Of a stretch of DNA of 64,000 bases, positions 30,065 to 38,687 are shown piece after piece. The notes beneath the pieces are model-generated. The model saw nothing but the letters and a program-made list of their open reading frames with translations, was not told where the DNA came from and did not search any database. A program made the position numbers and the translations under genes. Position 1 is the stretch's first letter. Each line of letters starts with the position of its first letter. Origin of the DNA: Nitrospirota bacterium (lineage in GTDB: Bacteria > Nitrospirota > UBA9217); the NCBI GenBank assembly GCA_963845065.1, contig CAWJQQ010000002.1, forward strand, positions 224,001 through 288,000. The letters run 5' to 3'.

Positions 30065-30781
30065 TTATCGCGGTATAAGTATCGTCATTTTGTCCGTTAC
30101 GAGAAGCACACCCATAATTACAAGAATGGCCCCGCTCACTATTTTGATGACCTTAAAATGCTTTCTCAGTTTATTGAATGATGACAGGAATGCGCTGATG
30201 GCAATTGCCGAGAGAATAAACGGTATCCCCAGACCGAAAGAATAAAATGTTAAGAGCGCCATGCCCCGCCCAAGAGTAGCCGTCTCCATGGCCAGGGCCA
30301 GAACAGACCCCAGAAAAGGACCCGTGCAGGGCGTCCAACCTGCCCCAAAAATCATGCCGACCACAATGGTACCCGCATAACCCGCGGGACGTGTTTTTAG
30401 CTGAAGTTTTGCCTCTCGCTGGAGAAAAGGGATGTTCACTACATCCATGACGAAAACGCCCATAATAATAATGAGAACGCCCCCCACGATCCTGATCAGG
30501 TCCAGATGCTGAGACAGGACACTGCCTGCTAGACTCGCTGTTGCGCCAAGAAGCACAAAAATTAGCGTAAATCCAGAAACAAATGCAACCGAATGCAGAA
30601 ACGTGATGTTCATGTTCTTTCTGCGAGATTCCTGGCTCACAAGATCATCGTAACTTATGCCGGTAATGTAAGAAACGTAGGAAGGAATGAGGGGGAGAAT
30701 GCAGGGAGACGCAAAAGAAATTAGGCCCATAAAAGCCGAAAATAGAAGAACAGACGGCGTCAACCCGTGAGAAATATCCAT
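30065..30781 (-). CDS. ccdA: Cytochrome c biogenesis thiol-disulfide transporter CcdA
   Basis: SFASPCILPLIP, GWTPCTGP, multiple transmembrane segments. Confidence 0.92.
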   Translation of the reverse strand: MDISHGLTPSVLLFSAFMGLISFASPCILPLIPSYVSYITGISYDDLVSQESRRKNMNITFLHSVAFVSGFTLIFVLLGATASLAGSVLSQHLDLIRIVGGVLIIIMGVFVMDVVNIPFLQREAKLQLKTRPAGYAGTIVVGMIFGAGWTPCTGPFLGSVLALAMETATLGRGMALLTFYSFGLGIPFILSAIAISAFLSSFNKLRKHFKVIKIVSGAILVIMGVLLVTDKMTILIPR

Positions 30782-30975
30782 GCGTTTCGAATCCTCCGGT
30801 GCAGTGTTACATAATACCAGTGGTCGCGAAAGGGAGTCAAGCAAAAGTTTTACTGTTTTCCGCTTGACTTATTCTATAGTTATAATTAATAGCAACTGCC
30901 TCTCAGCACGTTACCACACATTTACTTTTTTGCTAAGCTCTTTAAATTTTTAGAATAATCAGTAATATTTTTTTA

Positions 30976-31004
30976 TTGACAAAAAAAAACTAATTCATTA
31001 TGCT
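30976..31004 (+). promoter_or_regulatory. Sigma70 promoter for cyclodeaminase-folD
   Basis: TTGACA-17 bp-TATGCT. Confidence 0.65.
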
Positions 31005-31047
31005 TACTTTTTCCATGTTCATCATTACTAAATTGAAGGAGGAGACT

Positions 31048-31674
31048 GTGTATATCGATCAGCCGTTGCGGCACTTCATGGACAAGTTGGCGAGCAAATC
31101 CCCTGAACCGGGAGGGGGGAGCGTGGCAGCCCTTACCGGAGCGATGGGCGCAGCTCTGGTTAGCATGGTATCCAATCTGACTCTGGGGAAGGAAAAATAC
31201 AAAGACGTACAGCAACAGATTGAGACTTTATTGAACGAATCTGAAAAACTTCGCTTGGAAATGCAAGACCTGATCCAAAAAGACACGGAAGCGTATGGTG
31301 CGCTCTCCAATGTTTACAAAATGCCGAAGAACACCGATGAGGAAAAGGCAGCACGCACGGTAAAAATGCAGGAGGCACTCAAAAAAGCCTGCCAGGTCCC
31401 CTTGGAAATAGGCCTGAAATCCCTGGTGGTCGCGAAGCTCGCAGAACGCGCTGCTAATATAGGCAATGTCGCTGCCGTGAGCGATGCCGGCGTCGCGGTG
31501 CTCCTTGCCCAGGCGTGTGCCCAGAGTGCGGCGCTCAACGTGAAGATCAATGTAAACAGTATCAAAGACGGTACGTTCAATAACAATACCTGGACCCAGA
31601 TGCAGAATGTCCTTACTCAGGTTAGCGCACTAGAAAAATCGGTGATGGCGACAACGTATAAAAAAATGGGATAA
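31048..31674 (+). CDS. Formimidoyl-THF cyclodeaminase / methenyl-THF cyclohydrolase (FTCD_C)
   Basis: LASKSPEPGGGSVAAL, AVSDAGVA, LNVKIN; GGAGG RBS before GTG. Confidence 0.9.
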   Translation: MYIDQPLRHFMDKLASKSPEPGGGSVAALTGAMGAALVSMVSNLTLGKEKYKDVQQQIETLLNESEKLRLEMQDLIQKDTEAYGALSNVYKMPKNTDEEKAARTVKMQEALKKACQVPLEIGLKSLVVAKLAERAANIGNVAAVSDAGVAVLLAQACAQSAALNVKINVNSIKDGTFNNNTWTQMQNVLTQVSALEKSVMATTYKKMG

Positions 31675-31788
31675 AAATATAGCGTCCAGGATCGGGCGGG
31701 GCTCCGCAAACACTTTCTGGGTTGCTGCATTTATTCGGAATTGGTGCCCATGGACCGCGGACCTGGTTCGCACGAGGAGAAAACATAC

Positions 31789-32640
31789 ATGGCCGCAAAA
31801 CTCTTGACAGGAAAAGAAGTGGCGCAAAAAATGGACCAGGACATTCAGAAAGATGTCCAGGAACTGAAGGCAAAGGGTGTCAATCCGGCGCTCAGGATAA
31901 TGATCGTTGGTGATGCTCCTGACTCGCTCGCCTATGCAAACAGCGCGAAAAAAATGGCAGAAAAAAATGGCATCCTGTGCGAAATTGAGCAGTTGCCGGG
32001 TGGAACAAGCCAGGATGAGTTCGTCAATACGCTGAAACAGCGCAATGCGGACAAGAAAATCCACGGGATCATCGTGATGCGGCCCTTCCCCAAACAGATC
32101 AGAGAGGATGTTGTGAAATACATCCTGTCACCCGAAAAAGATATAGATTGCTTTAATCCTGTTAATGCCGGCAAGATCATGGCAGGAGACATGACGGGGT
32201 TTCCACCTGCAACACCTCAGGCCGTAATGGAAATGCTCCGTTTCTACCAGGTTCCGATGAGCGGTAAAGAAGCCGTGGTCATCGGCCGTTCAATGGTCGT
32301 TGGTAAGCCGATGTCAATGCTTCTCCTTGGTGAAAACGCCACGGTAACGGTCTGCCATTCGAAGACGCAGGATCTTCCTGGCGTTTGTAGACGGGCAGAC
32401 ATCCTCGTAGCCGCGATCGGCAAGGCAAGAATGATCACGAAAGATTTCATTAAAAAAGGCGCTACGGTGATGGATGTTGGGATCAACGTCGAAGGAGACA
32501 AGCTTTTCGGGGATGTCGACACTGAACCGGCCAAGGAAGTCGCAGGGGCCATTACGCCCGTGCCCGGCGGCGTCGGTACGGTTACGACACGCGTGTTATT
32601 AAAGCACGTGGTAAAAGGCGCCAAACTGCAGAACCCATAG
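31789..32640 (+). CDS. folD: Methylene-THF dehydrogenase/cyclohydrolase
   Basis: PEKDID, PATP, GRSMVVGKP, DVGIN, TPVPGGVG. Confidence 0.95.
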   Translation: MAAKLLTGKEVAQKMDQDIQKDVQELKAKGVNPALRIMIVGDAPDSLAYANSAKKMAEKNGILCEIEQLPGGTSQDEFVNTLKQRNADKKIHGIIVMRPFPKQIREDVVKYILSPEKDIDCFNPVNAGKIMAGDMTGFPPATPQAVMEMLRFYQVPMSGKEAVVIGRSMVVGKPMSMLLLGENATVTVCHSKTQDLPGVCRRADILVAAIGKARMITKDFIKKGATVMDVGINVEGDKLFGDVDTEPAKEVAGAITPVPGGVGTVTTRVLLKHVVKGAKLQNP

Positions 32641-32660
32641 AACAATATTTCACCCGTAAT

Positions 32661-32726
32661 GGATCGGGGGCCGGCAAAAAAGCAACGGGTGGTAATGAAA
32701 CAAGTTTTTTCCCTGGCCCCTGATCC
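32661..32726. repeat. Imperfect inverted repeat downstream of folD
   Basis: GGATCGGGGGCCGGCAAAAAAG ... TTTTTTCCCTGGCCCCTGATCC. Confidence 0.55.
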
Positions 32727-32746
32727 CCGCTTCTAAAACCCTACCG

Positions 32747-33090
32747 TTATTTTATCACCGCTTCTCTGACAACCTGTATCAACTCCGTTACCCGGTAGGA
32801 CTTCTGCACACCTGCCGCACCAAGACCCACCAGGTCACTCGAGATGCCCACTTTCACGTTTGCATTGGAAAAGCCAAATTATGAAAAACCTCTCTGCGGT
32901 CCATCCCACCATGTCCTGCACTGCCGCAACTATTTCATTCGACCACTGTTGGTACAGTTCCAGAGCTTGCGCACCGATATTTGCCACAAGCACGACATAG
33001 ACGAACGAGCCTTAGAATGTCTCGAGCGAATTCCATCACCATGATTTCATCTTCAGCTACTAGTACAGTGCCTGATCCGTGATCAAAACC
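32747..33090 (-). pseudogene. Decayed response-regulator receiver domain (hybrid-kinase C-terminal type)
   Basis: Across frameshifts: GSGTVLVAEDE..MEFARDIL / YVVLVA..GAQALELY..EIVAAVQDMV / NVKVGISS / VQKSYRVTELIQVVRE. Confidence 0.75.
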
Positions 33091-33602
33091 TATTTTCCCA
33101 TTTCTGAAGCTGGCTATCTTCACAATAAATGCTGAATAGGACTGAAGCCCCGCCATTTAGGAAGGAAAGTTGCAGTATCAAGAGGTGCATGATATCACAT
33201 TACGTTGCAGCACTAGAGAATAATCCTATTTATATCTCAACAAATCAGGTCCTAAACAACTTGGAAAGCAACCATTCTAACCTGCCCTATCCTCTAGGCA
33301 GAAATGCCATAGCTCCTGAAAATGATCTAACATTGTGACGCGCTTAGGAGTGCATAGCAGGGAAACATTGGTGAGCTGAGACATTACTTTATTGATGATT
33401 GCATGGGTAATTGTTTTGAATAGATTGCGAAAAAGTTAGTTGGTGTTTAAATAGTCGTAGACACAAACGGCTTTTGCCAAAACGTTGCAGGCTGCTTTCG
33501 GGGATTGAACCGAAATTATATAGCTGTGCAAATGATAAATCATATAAGCAACATCTATTGCTTAACTGCACATCCGGGAAGCTGGCACTGTAAGCACGCC
33601 TA

Positions 33603-33640
33603 AAACAAAAAAACCCCGGAGGATTGCTCCCCCGGGGTCG
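33603..33640 (-). terminator. Rho-independent terminator of the porin gene
   Basis: ACCCCGG..GAG/CTC.CCGGGGT stem followed by a T run on the minus strand. Confidence 0.85.
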
Positions 33641-33687
33641 TTACATTTATACTTACTGTCTACGAGCACCAGAATGGTGCGCACACC

Positions 33688-35016
33688 TTAGAAGCTGAAT
33701 GCGAGAACGCCCTGAAGACCAAGCGCTGAATCGGTGCCTTTTCCGTTAGCATCCTTGTATACTGCACCGGGCCCGAACCAACCAGCATCCCAATTCCAGG
33801 TAAGGTTGTCATAAAGCTTCCAGTTAAGATGTAAATCGACTTCCGTCCCGATATTGGTTGCAAGAGCTCCCGCTCCGCCACCGGTCAAAGCAGTGTTCGT
33901 CTTCTGCGTGGCCTGCAGGAAATAAACATCACCACCGAAGTCTAAGCTCTTGAGAGCGTGCCACATGGCGCCAATACTTTCAACCGTCGTGTCTGACAAA
34001 CCAGTATGAACTGAGCCGGCCGCAGTGGTAATCTTATACTCATACAGGAACGTATAGTGCGGGTCGATATCAAGGAAGGTTACCATTTGATTGACATCGG
34101 TATTGCCTGACTTGTGACCGGTACCATAACCAAGCATGAAATTAAATGTTACCGGATCCGTCAGCACATGGCCCGTAATTGCGATCTGGTCGCCTTTGTA
34201 CTTGGGTTGAGGTGCACCTGGGGCAACCTGCTTATCTGTTCCAGTCTGCAAATCTGCCTCAGCCTTCCAGTTTACTATGCCTACCCCACCGTTATACATA
34301 AGACCGATGTCATACAGATCATTGGCTGTACCCAAATGCGCATCGGTAACGTTAAGGCCAACTTGGTTCTTGTCATTAATCGCAAAAACGTCGAGGAGTA
34401 TATAGGCATCAATCTTGCCATAGCTGGTGCCTTCTGCAACGTTAACATCACCAACGCCATTTACTATAGTTGTAGAACCAGGAATACCACTTTGATCGGC
34501 AGTAGCATCCACAGCAGCAATAGTATTGGGGCCGGTTACGTTTGCGACGACCCATGCATCAGAGCCGAAATGCATTGAACGCGCGAACCAGCCGTTGGAG
34601 AGCTGCAGGAGCTGGTGGCCAGCGGTCACGTTGATCGGTATACCAGGCACGTTAAAGCTCACCCATGCTTCGCGGAAACCGAACGTGTTTGCCTGGAAGC
34701 CAGCCGTGCTTCCGCCGAAACCGTTACCGAAGTTCTGGTCTGTGCTGAATCCGTTAAATTGGCTACCAAAGTCAGAGAAATCGTTCCAGAGCGAGATTTT
34801 ACCCTTTAAATCATCACCCGCCTTGGCATTCACATTCAGGATGATGCGCTCTTGAGTATCGATCTGGTTATCATGCAAATTCTTGTCGAAATCCAGATTG
34901 TTAAAATCTCTGCTTCGAACCTGTACGGAACCACCCACGGACACGTCTGCTGCATGCGCTATGGAGCCCAGGCATACAAAAGCCAGCACTACCATCACAA
35001 CTAGAAACTTCTTCAT
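33688..35016 (-). CDS. Outer-membrane beta-barrel porin (OmpJ/alginate-export-like)
   Basis: Signal peptide ending AHA, amphipathic beta strands, C-terminal Phe (LAFSF), GGGAGG RBS. Confidence 0.82.
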   Translation of the reverse strand: MKKFLVVMVVLAFVCLGSIAHAADVSVGGSVQVRSRDFNNLDFDKNLHDNQIDTQERIILNVNAKAGDDLKGKISLWNDFSDFGSQFNGFSTDQNFGNGFGGSTAGFQANTFGFREAWVSFNVPGIPINVTAGHQLLQLSNGWFARSMHFGSDAWVVANVTGPNTIAAVDATADQSGIPGSTTIVNGVGDVNVAEGTSYGKIDAYILLDVFAINDKNQVGLNVTDAHLGTANDLYDIGLMYNGGVGIVNWKAEADLQTGTDKQVAPGAPQPKYKGDQIAITGHVLTDPVTFNFMLGYGTGHKSGNTDVNQMVTFLDIDPHYTFLYEYKITTAAGSVHTGLSDTTVESIGAMWHALKSLDFGGDVYFLQATQKTNTALTGGGAGALATNIGTEVDLHLNWKLYDNLTWNWDAGWFGPGAVYKDANGKGTDSALGLQGVLAFSF

Positions 35017-35435
35017 CGCTTATCCTCCCTAAAATAGATTTGTTCCGATTTGTACGGAACGCGTGTTTACCTCGTAATGTGCGCGCAACAAAGTTTCAAT
35101 AATTCGTATGAAGCAGGATTGTATGAGTTCAGTCTACACCCCCTTTCCATAGAAGAAATGGTGTGAAAGCGATGGGGCCATCAGAGAAGAAATACAGATT
35201 TCATGTGGAATTTGCCTTTCGGCAAAATGATCTGTAAGAGTGATGCCGAATACGTCGGCGCACTTCTGGACAGGAATGCGGCGGAGTAGCCTATATGTAG
35301 GTCTGTTAGTGGTTATCATGATAGTAATAAAAGTTTGGATCTGCCACTAGTACAAACTGCTACACTGCTCTGCTCATTTGATAATGTGGTTCAAAAAAGG
35401 AAGTGTTTTGCTGATATTTCGGAAAAGACGTTTTG

Positions 35436-35464
35436 ACTATATCAAAGTCGTATAGTGAAGTCAA
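35436..35464 (-). promoter_or_regulatory. Sigma70 promoter with extended -10, ~420 bp upstream of the porin
   Basis: TTGACT(35464-35459)-17 bp-TATAGT(35441-35436), TGn before the -10. Confidence 0.65.
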
Positions 35465-35730
35465 GAGTTTTCTAGTTCTTGAATGATGAGCCAATGAATG
35501 TTTTCGAGCATCAAGTTGCACAAAGCTGAAACCTATATTTTGCAATATTTTGCAATAGGGCACGATTAATTGTCCACTTCGTGAATTGCAATCGCGCTTT
35601 AAATTCATGTAGATCTTCGAGGGGCATCTTTCCGCGAGAACTCGGATCTCCTACCTTAATATGCTCGCAACCCCCCCTTGTTCAAGAACGCCCTCTTGGT
35701 TTCCGCTTGCATTAACAGCAACAACATGAT

Positions 35731-35765
35731 TTGACATACTCCTCGGCTAAAGTCCGAGAATTCCT
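35731..35765 (-). mobile_element. IS200/IS605 right end
   Basis: GAATTTCTCGGACTTTAGCCGAGGAGTATGTCAA: GAAT guide, hairpin and TCAA cleavage site, as in the IS608 right end. Confidence 0.85.
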
Positions 35766-35789
35766 GCAGCAACGACCTGCACCACTACA

Positions 35790-36412
35790 TTTCCTTGTTG
35801 GCTCCTGTTTTCTTCGGCATTGATGCGCCGGTCGATCCCCAGGACACCCGGAAATGCCCTCCCCTTGACAATACAATCTTCGCGGCATTTTCATCAGCGT
35901 TCGATGTAAGCCGCACTTGGTATAACAGAAGAATTCTTGAGAAGGACGGTTTTCGGAGAAACATGGCAACGCTGAGAACATGTTTGGCTGCAATATGCCG
36001 CATCTACAAAAGATGCCTTTACCACCATGCCAATATTGTTTATACTGGATTTGACGATTAAATTCACCCTCAGCCCTGGCCTAGTATTGCCTTATTAAAC
36101 CCGGATTTCTACTTTTCGTTCTTGCCGGGTTTCTCAACCGTCCCTTTAGCCGATACCGTCATGTTCTCGGTAGCCAGGTCTTCTGACACCTTGATAGAGT
36201 GGTTTTTTCTTACGCGTGTGAGACCTGATTCTGACACATAAGCATCCGAATATCGGCAATACGAATATGTATTTTTTTGTATTACACTTCTGCTTTTTGC
36301 CAGTATTACTTCCATTTACCATCCGGTCAAGCTTCTGTTGAGCTTTAGCTAGTTCTTCCTCAGGTCGTTCTATACGAATCTACAGGATCGTAATGCGTAC
36401 CACTTGTGAGAG
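35790..36412 (-). pseudogene. tnpB: tnpB (RNA-guided nuclease) pseudogene, 5' truncated
   Basis: Across stops and frameshifts: LAKAQQKLDRMVNGSN, IHIRIADIR, KNHS..EDL..NMTVSAKGTVEKPGKN.K*KSGFNKAIL.QG, RQIQYK, YCSQTCS, ENRPSQ..C..CG, NADENAAK. Confidence 0.9.
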
Positions 36413-36985
36413 CCCCCTCTATACGATTGGCATTATGATATTTTAAATTGGCGTTCTGCTCTCGCCATCTATTTGCTCGTCTGGATGCGATCGGTCAAGA
36501 ATATCATCCTCGGACCGGTGGTTACCGGACTGGCACTGGAAAGGGCAGGGTCCTTAGTAGTCCCGGAATTGTATGCGGGAACGATCATGGAGATTGGAAT
36601 CGGGTTCGCATGCGTTGGGGCGGGCGGAATAGTGGGCAAAGAGGCATACTACTTCGGCTATCGCGAAGGCTAGCTCTTGATGCAGATTGGTTTTCCCTTC
36701 ATGGTCCTGGCAAACGTGCTTGGAAAAGAGAATCGCGCATTCATTCACTCGGGTTCTTCGTTATCTTAGTTCTGTTGCTCTCTCTTGCTGGCAAGAAGCT
36801 CAAGCAACAGCTCCTTTCGGAATCCTCGAAGGAAGTGTGCGGTTCACCGTCTCAAAGCAATGTAAGGGGGAAATTCATGTGAAAAGTCTTTCTTCTCTTC
36901 CACCGTTGTTAATATCGCTTCTGACCCGTATTTCCCCTTGTCTCAAGGTTCTTTTTAGGGAAATAGCAGGGAAAACCCCACATGC

Positions 36986-37035
36986 TTGATATCCTCCCCG
37001 GCCTCACGGACGGGGTCTTCCGGCGCGTAAGATAA
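36986..37035 (-). mobile_element. Minimal IS200/IS605-derived single-hairpin relic
   Basis: Minus strand: TTATCTTACGCGCCGGAAGACCCCGTCCGTGAGGCCGGGGAGGATATCAA. Confidence 0.65.
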
Positions 37036-37049
37036 GCGATGGGAATGCA

Positions 37050-38576
37050 TCAAGATTCTTTTTTCTCGTTTCTCTCTAATTTGCCATTCCCCGAAGTGTA
37101 CTGATAAAAAGAGTTCATGCCAAGCTTCAACAGACCCTTTTCGATAAGTCGCTTGGCGGATGCAACTACCTGTGGATCAAACTGCCGTCCCGACTCCTGT
37201 TCCAGTTCTACGAGGACCTCTTGGCTTGAGATTGTCCCACGGTATGGCCTCTCAGAGATCATTGCATCGATCGTGTCAGCGACATTCAATATCCTCGCTG
37301 CCAACGTTATCCGTTCACCGGCCAGCCCTTGAGGATAACCTTTCCCATCATACCGTTCATGGTGCTCATAGATCGCGTTAATGATGTCAGCGGAAAAACC
37401 AATGGGCTCCAGGATCCTTATGCCGTGGGCCGGATGGTCTTTCATGATAGCGAATTCCTCACGACTCAGCCGTTCCGGTTTACTGATGATAAGTTCACTG
37501 ATGCCGATTTTGCCTACATCATGGAGAATGGCGGCAATGTGGATTTCCTCAAGGCGCGAAGGGCTCATCCCCATGTCCCGAGCGACTGCCACGGCGTATT
37601 TCGCAACGTTGGTGGAATGCCACCGTGTATAGGGGTCTTTTGCCTCGACGGCAGCCACAAGTGCCTGGACTGTACGGAAATAATTTTCCCGCAGGTCTTC
37701 ATAAAGCGCTGCATTCTCCATGGCCGTGACGACCTGGGTGGAGAGAATCAGAACAATCTGCAGGTCGCTGGTCGTAAACGGCGGCCCGGAGAACTTGCTC
37801 ACGTTAAGCACGCCAAAAAGTTTGTTCTTGCCGATAAGTGGTACCGACATGGATGAAGCCGGCATATTTTCAAGGTTGATCGCATCCATCACTTCCTGGT
37901 CCGGGTGTTTGCCCGCAGATATAATAAGAGGCTTTCGGTACTTGAGCACAAGCCCCGCGACTCCTTCGCCAATTTTTCGGTGCGACTTTGAAGCCAACTC
38001 GTCTGGCAGCCCGTGTGAGGCTCGGATCAGCAGAGTCCCGCTGTTTTCATCCATCAGCATAAGTGAAAAGCGGTCAATGGGAAATTCCTGGATCAGGATT
38101 TCGGTGATGAGCTTAAATAGGTGAGTGAGGTCGATCTCCGTAACAAGCAGTTTGCTGATCTCGAACAGTGGGATGAGCGCCTTGAGCCTGATGTTTTCCT
38201 TTTGCAGCCGGCTCCGGTTTATTGCGCGATCCACAGCGCCGAGCAGTTCCGCCTGCGTAAACGGCTTCAGCAAAAAACCATCGACCCCGCGCACGAGGGA
38301 TTCAATGGCCGTGTCGATCGTGCCGTGCCCGGTTATAAATATCGTCACAATGTCCTGTTTTTTTGCTTTTACCCGTTCGAACAGTTCCAGACCGTCTATT
38401 CCCGGCATCCTAATGTCCGAAATCAAAAGATCGGCAGGCACGTGGCCGAGTTCTTCAAGTGCTTTGGTGCCATCAGAAAACGTGGACACCAAGTAACCTT
38501 CTGCTGTAAGGATACGGTAACACAAGTCCCTGATCATGTCCTCGTCGTCGACTACAAGAATTTTCTCACCAGCCAC
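37050..38576 (-). CDS. Response regulator REC-GAF-HD-GYP (c-di-GMP phosphodiesterase)
   Basis: VVDDE, SDIRMPG, KPF; GAF; HDVGKIG, HHERYDGKGYP. Confidence 0.92.
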   Translation of the reverse strand: MAGEKILVVDDEDMIRDLCYRILTAEGYLVSTFSDGTKALEELGHVPADLLISDIRMPGIDGLELFERVKAKKQDIVTIFITGHGTIDTAIESLVRGVDGFLLKPFTQAELLGAVDRAINRSRLQKENIRLKALIPLFEISKLLVTEIDLTHLFKLITEILIQEFPIDRFSLMLMDENSGTLLIRASHGLPDELASKSHRKIGEGVAGLVLKYRKPLIISAGKHPDQEVMDAINLENMPASSMSVPLIGKNKLFGVLNVSKFSGPPFTTSDLQIVLILSTQVVTAMENAALYEDLRENYFRTVQALVAAVEAKDPYTRWHSTNVAKYAVAVARDMGMSPSRLEEIHIAAILHDVGKIGISELIISKPERLSREEFAIMKDHPAHGIRILEPIGFSADIINAIYEHHERYDGKGYPQGLAGERITLAARILNVADTIDAMISERPYRGTISSQEVLVELEQESGRQFDPQVVASAKRLIEKGLLKLGMNSFYQYTSGNGKLERNEKKES

Positions 38577-38687
38577 GTTCACACTCCTTCATGGGTGCCT
38601 CCGATGTCCAGGATTAATATGAAGCCCAAACGTTGTTTCACTCTTCGGTGTTCACGGGCACACTCCTCTACGGAGACTGTTCGTATC

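Noticed and set aside
31675..31788. Possible ZTP or THF riboswitch before folD
   Set aside because: Consensus motifs not found and the position is intra-operonic
35221..35291. GGCAAA...GCGGAGTAGCC resembling a c-di-GMP-I riboswitch
   Set aside because: Wrong strand for the porin, no GACGCAAA core, and the P2 stem does not pair
36077..36091. Sigma54-like TGGC...TTGC
   Set aside because: GG-GC spacing is 9 rather than 10, and it lies inside the tnpB relic
36109..36315. ORF starting MEVILAK, like IspH
   Set aside because: The rest of the ORF is TnpB sequence in shifted frames; no AGFC motif
35790..36412. Possible TldR (nuclease-dead TnpB repressor) next to a porin
   Set aside because: Multiple stops, frameshifts and 5' truncation mean no intact protein; no guide target seen in the window
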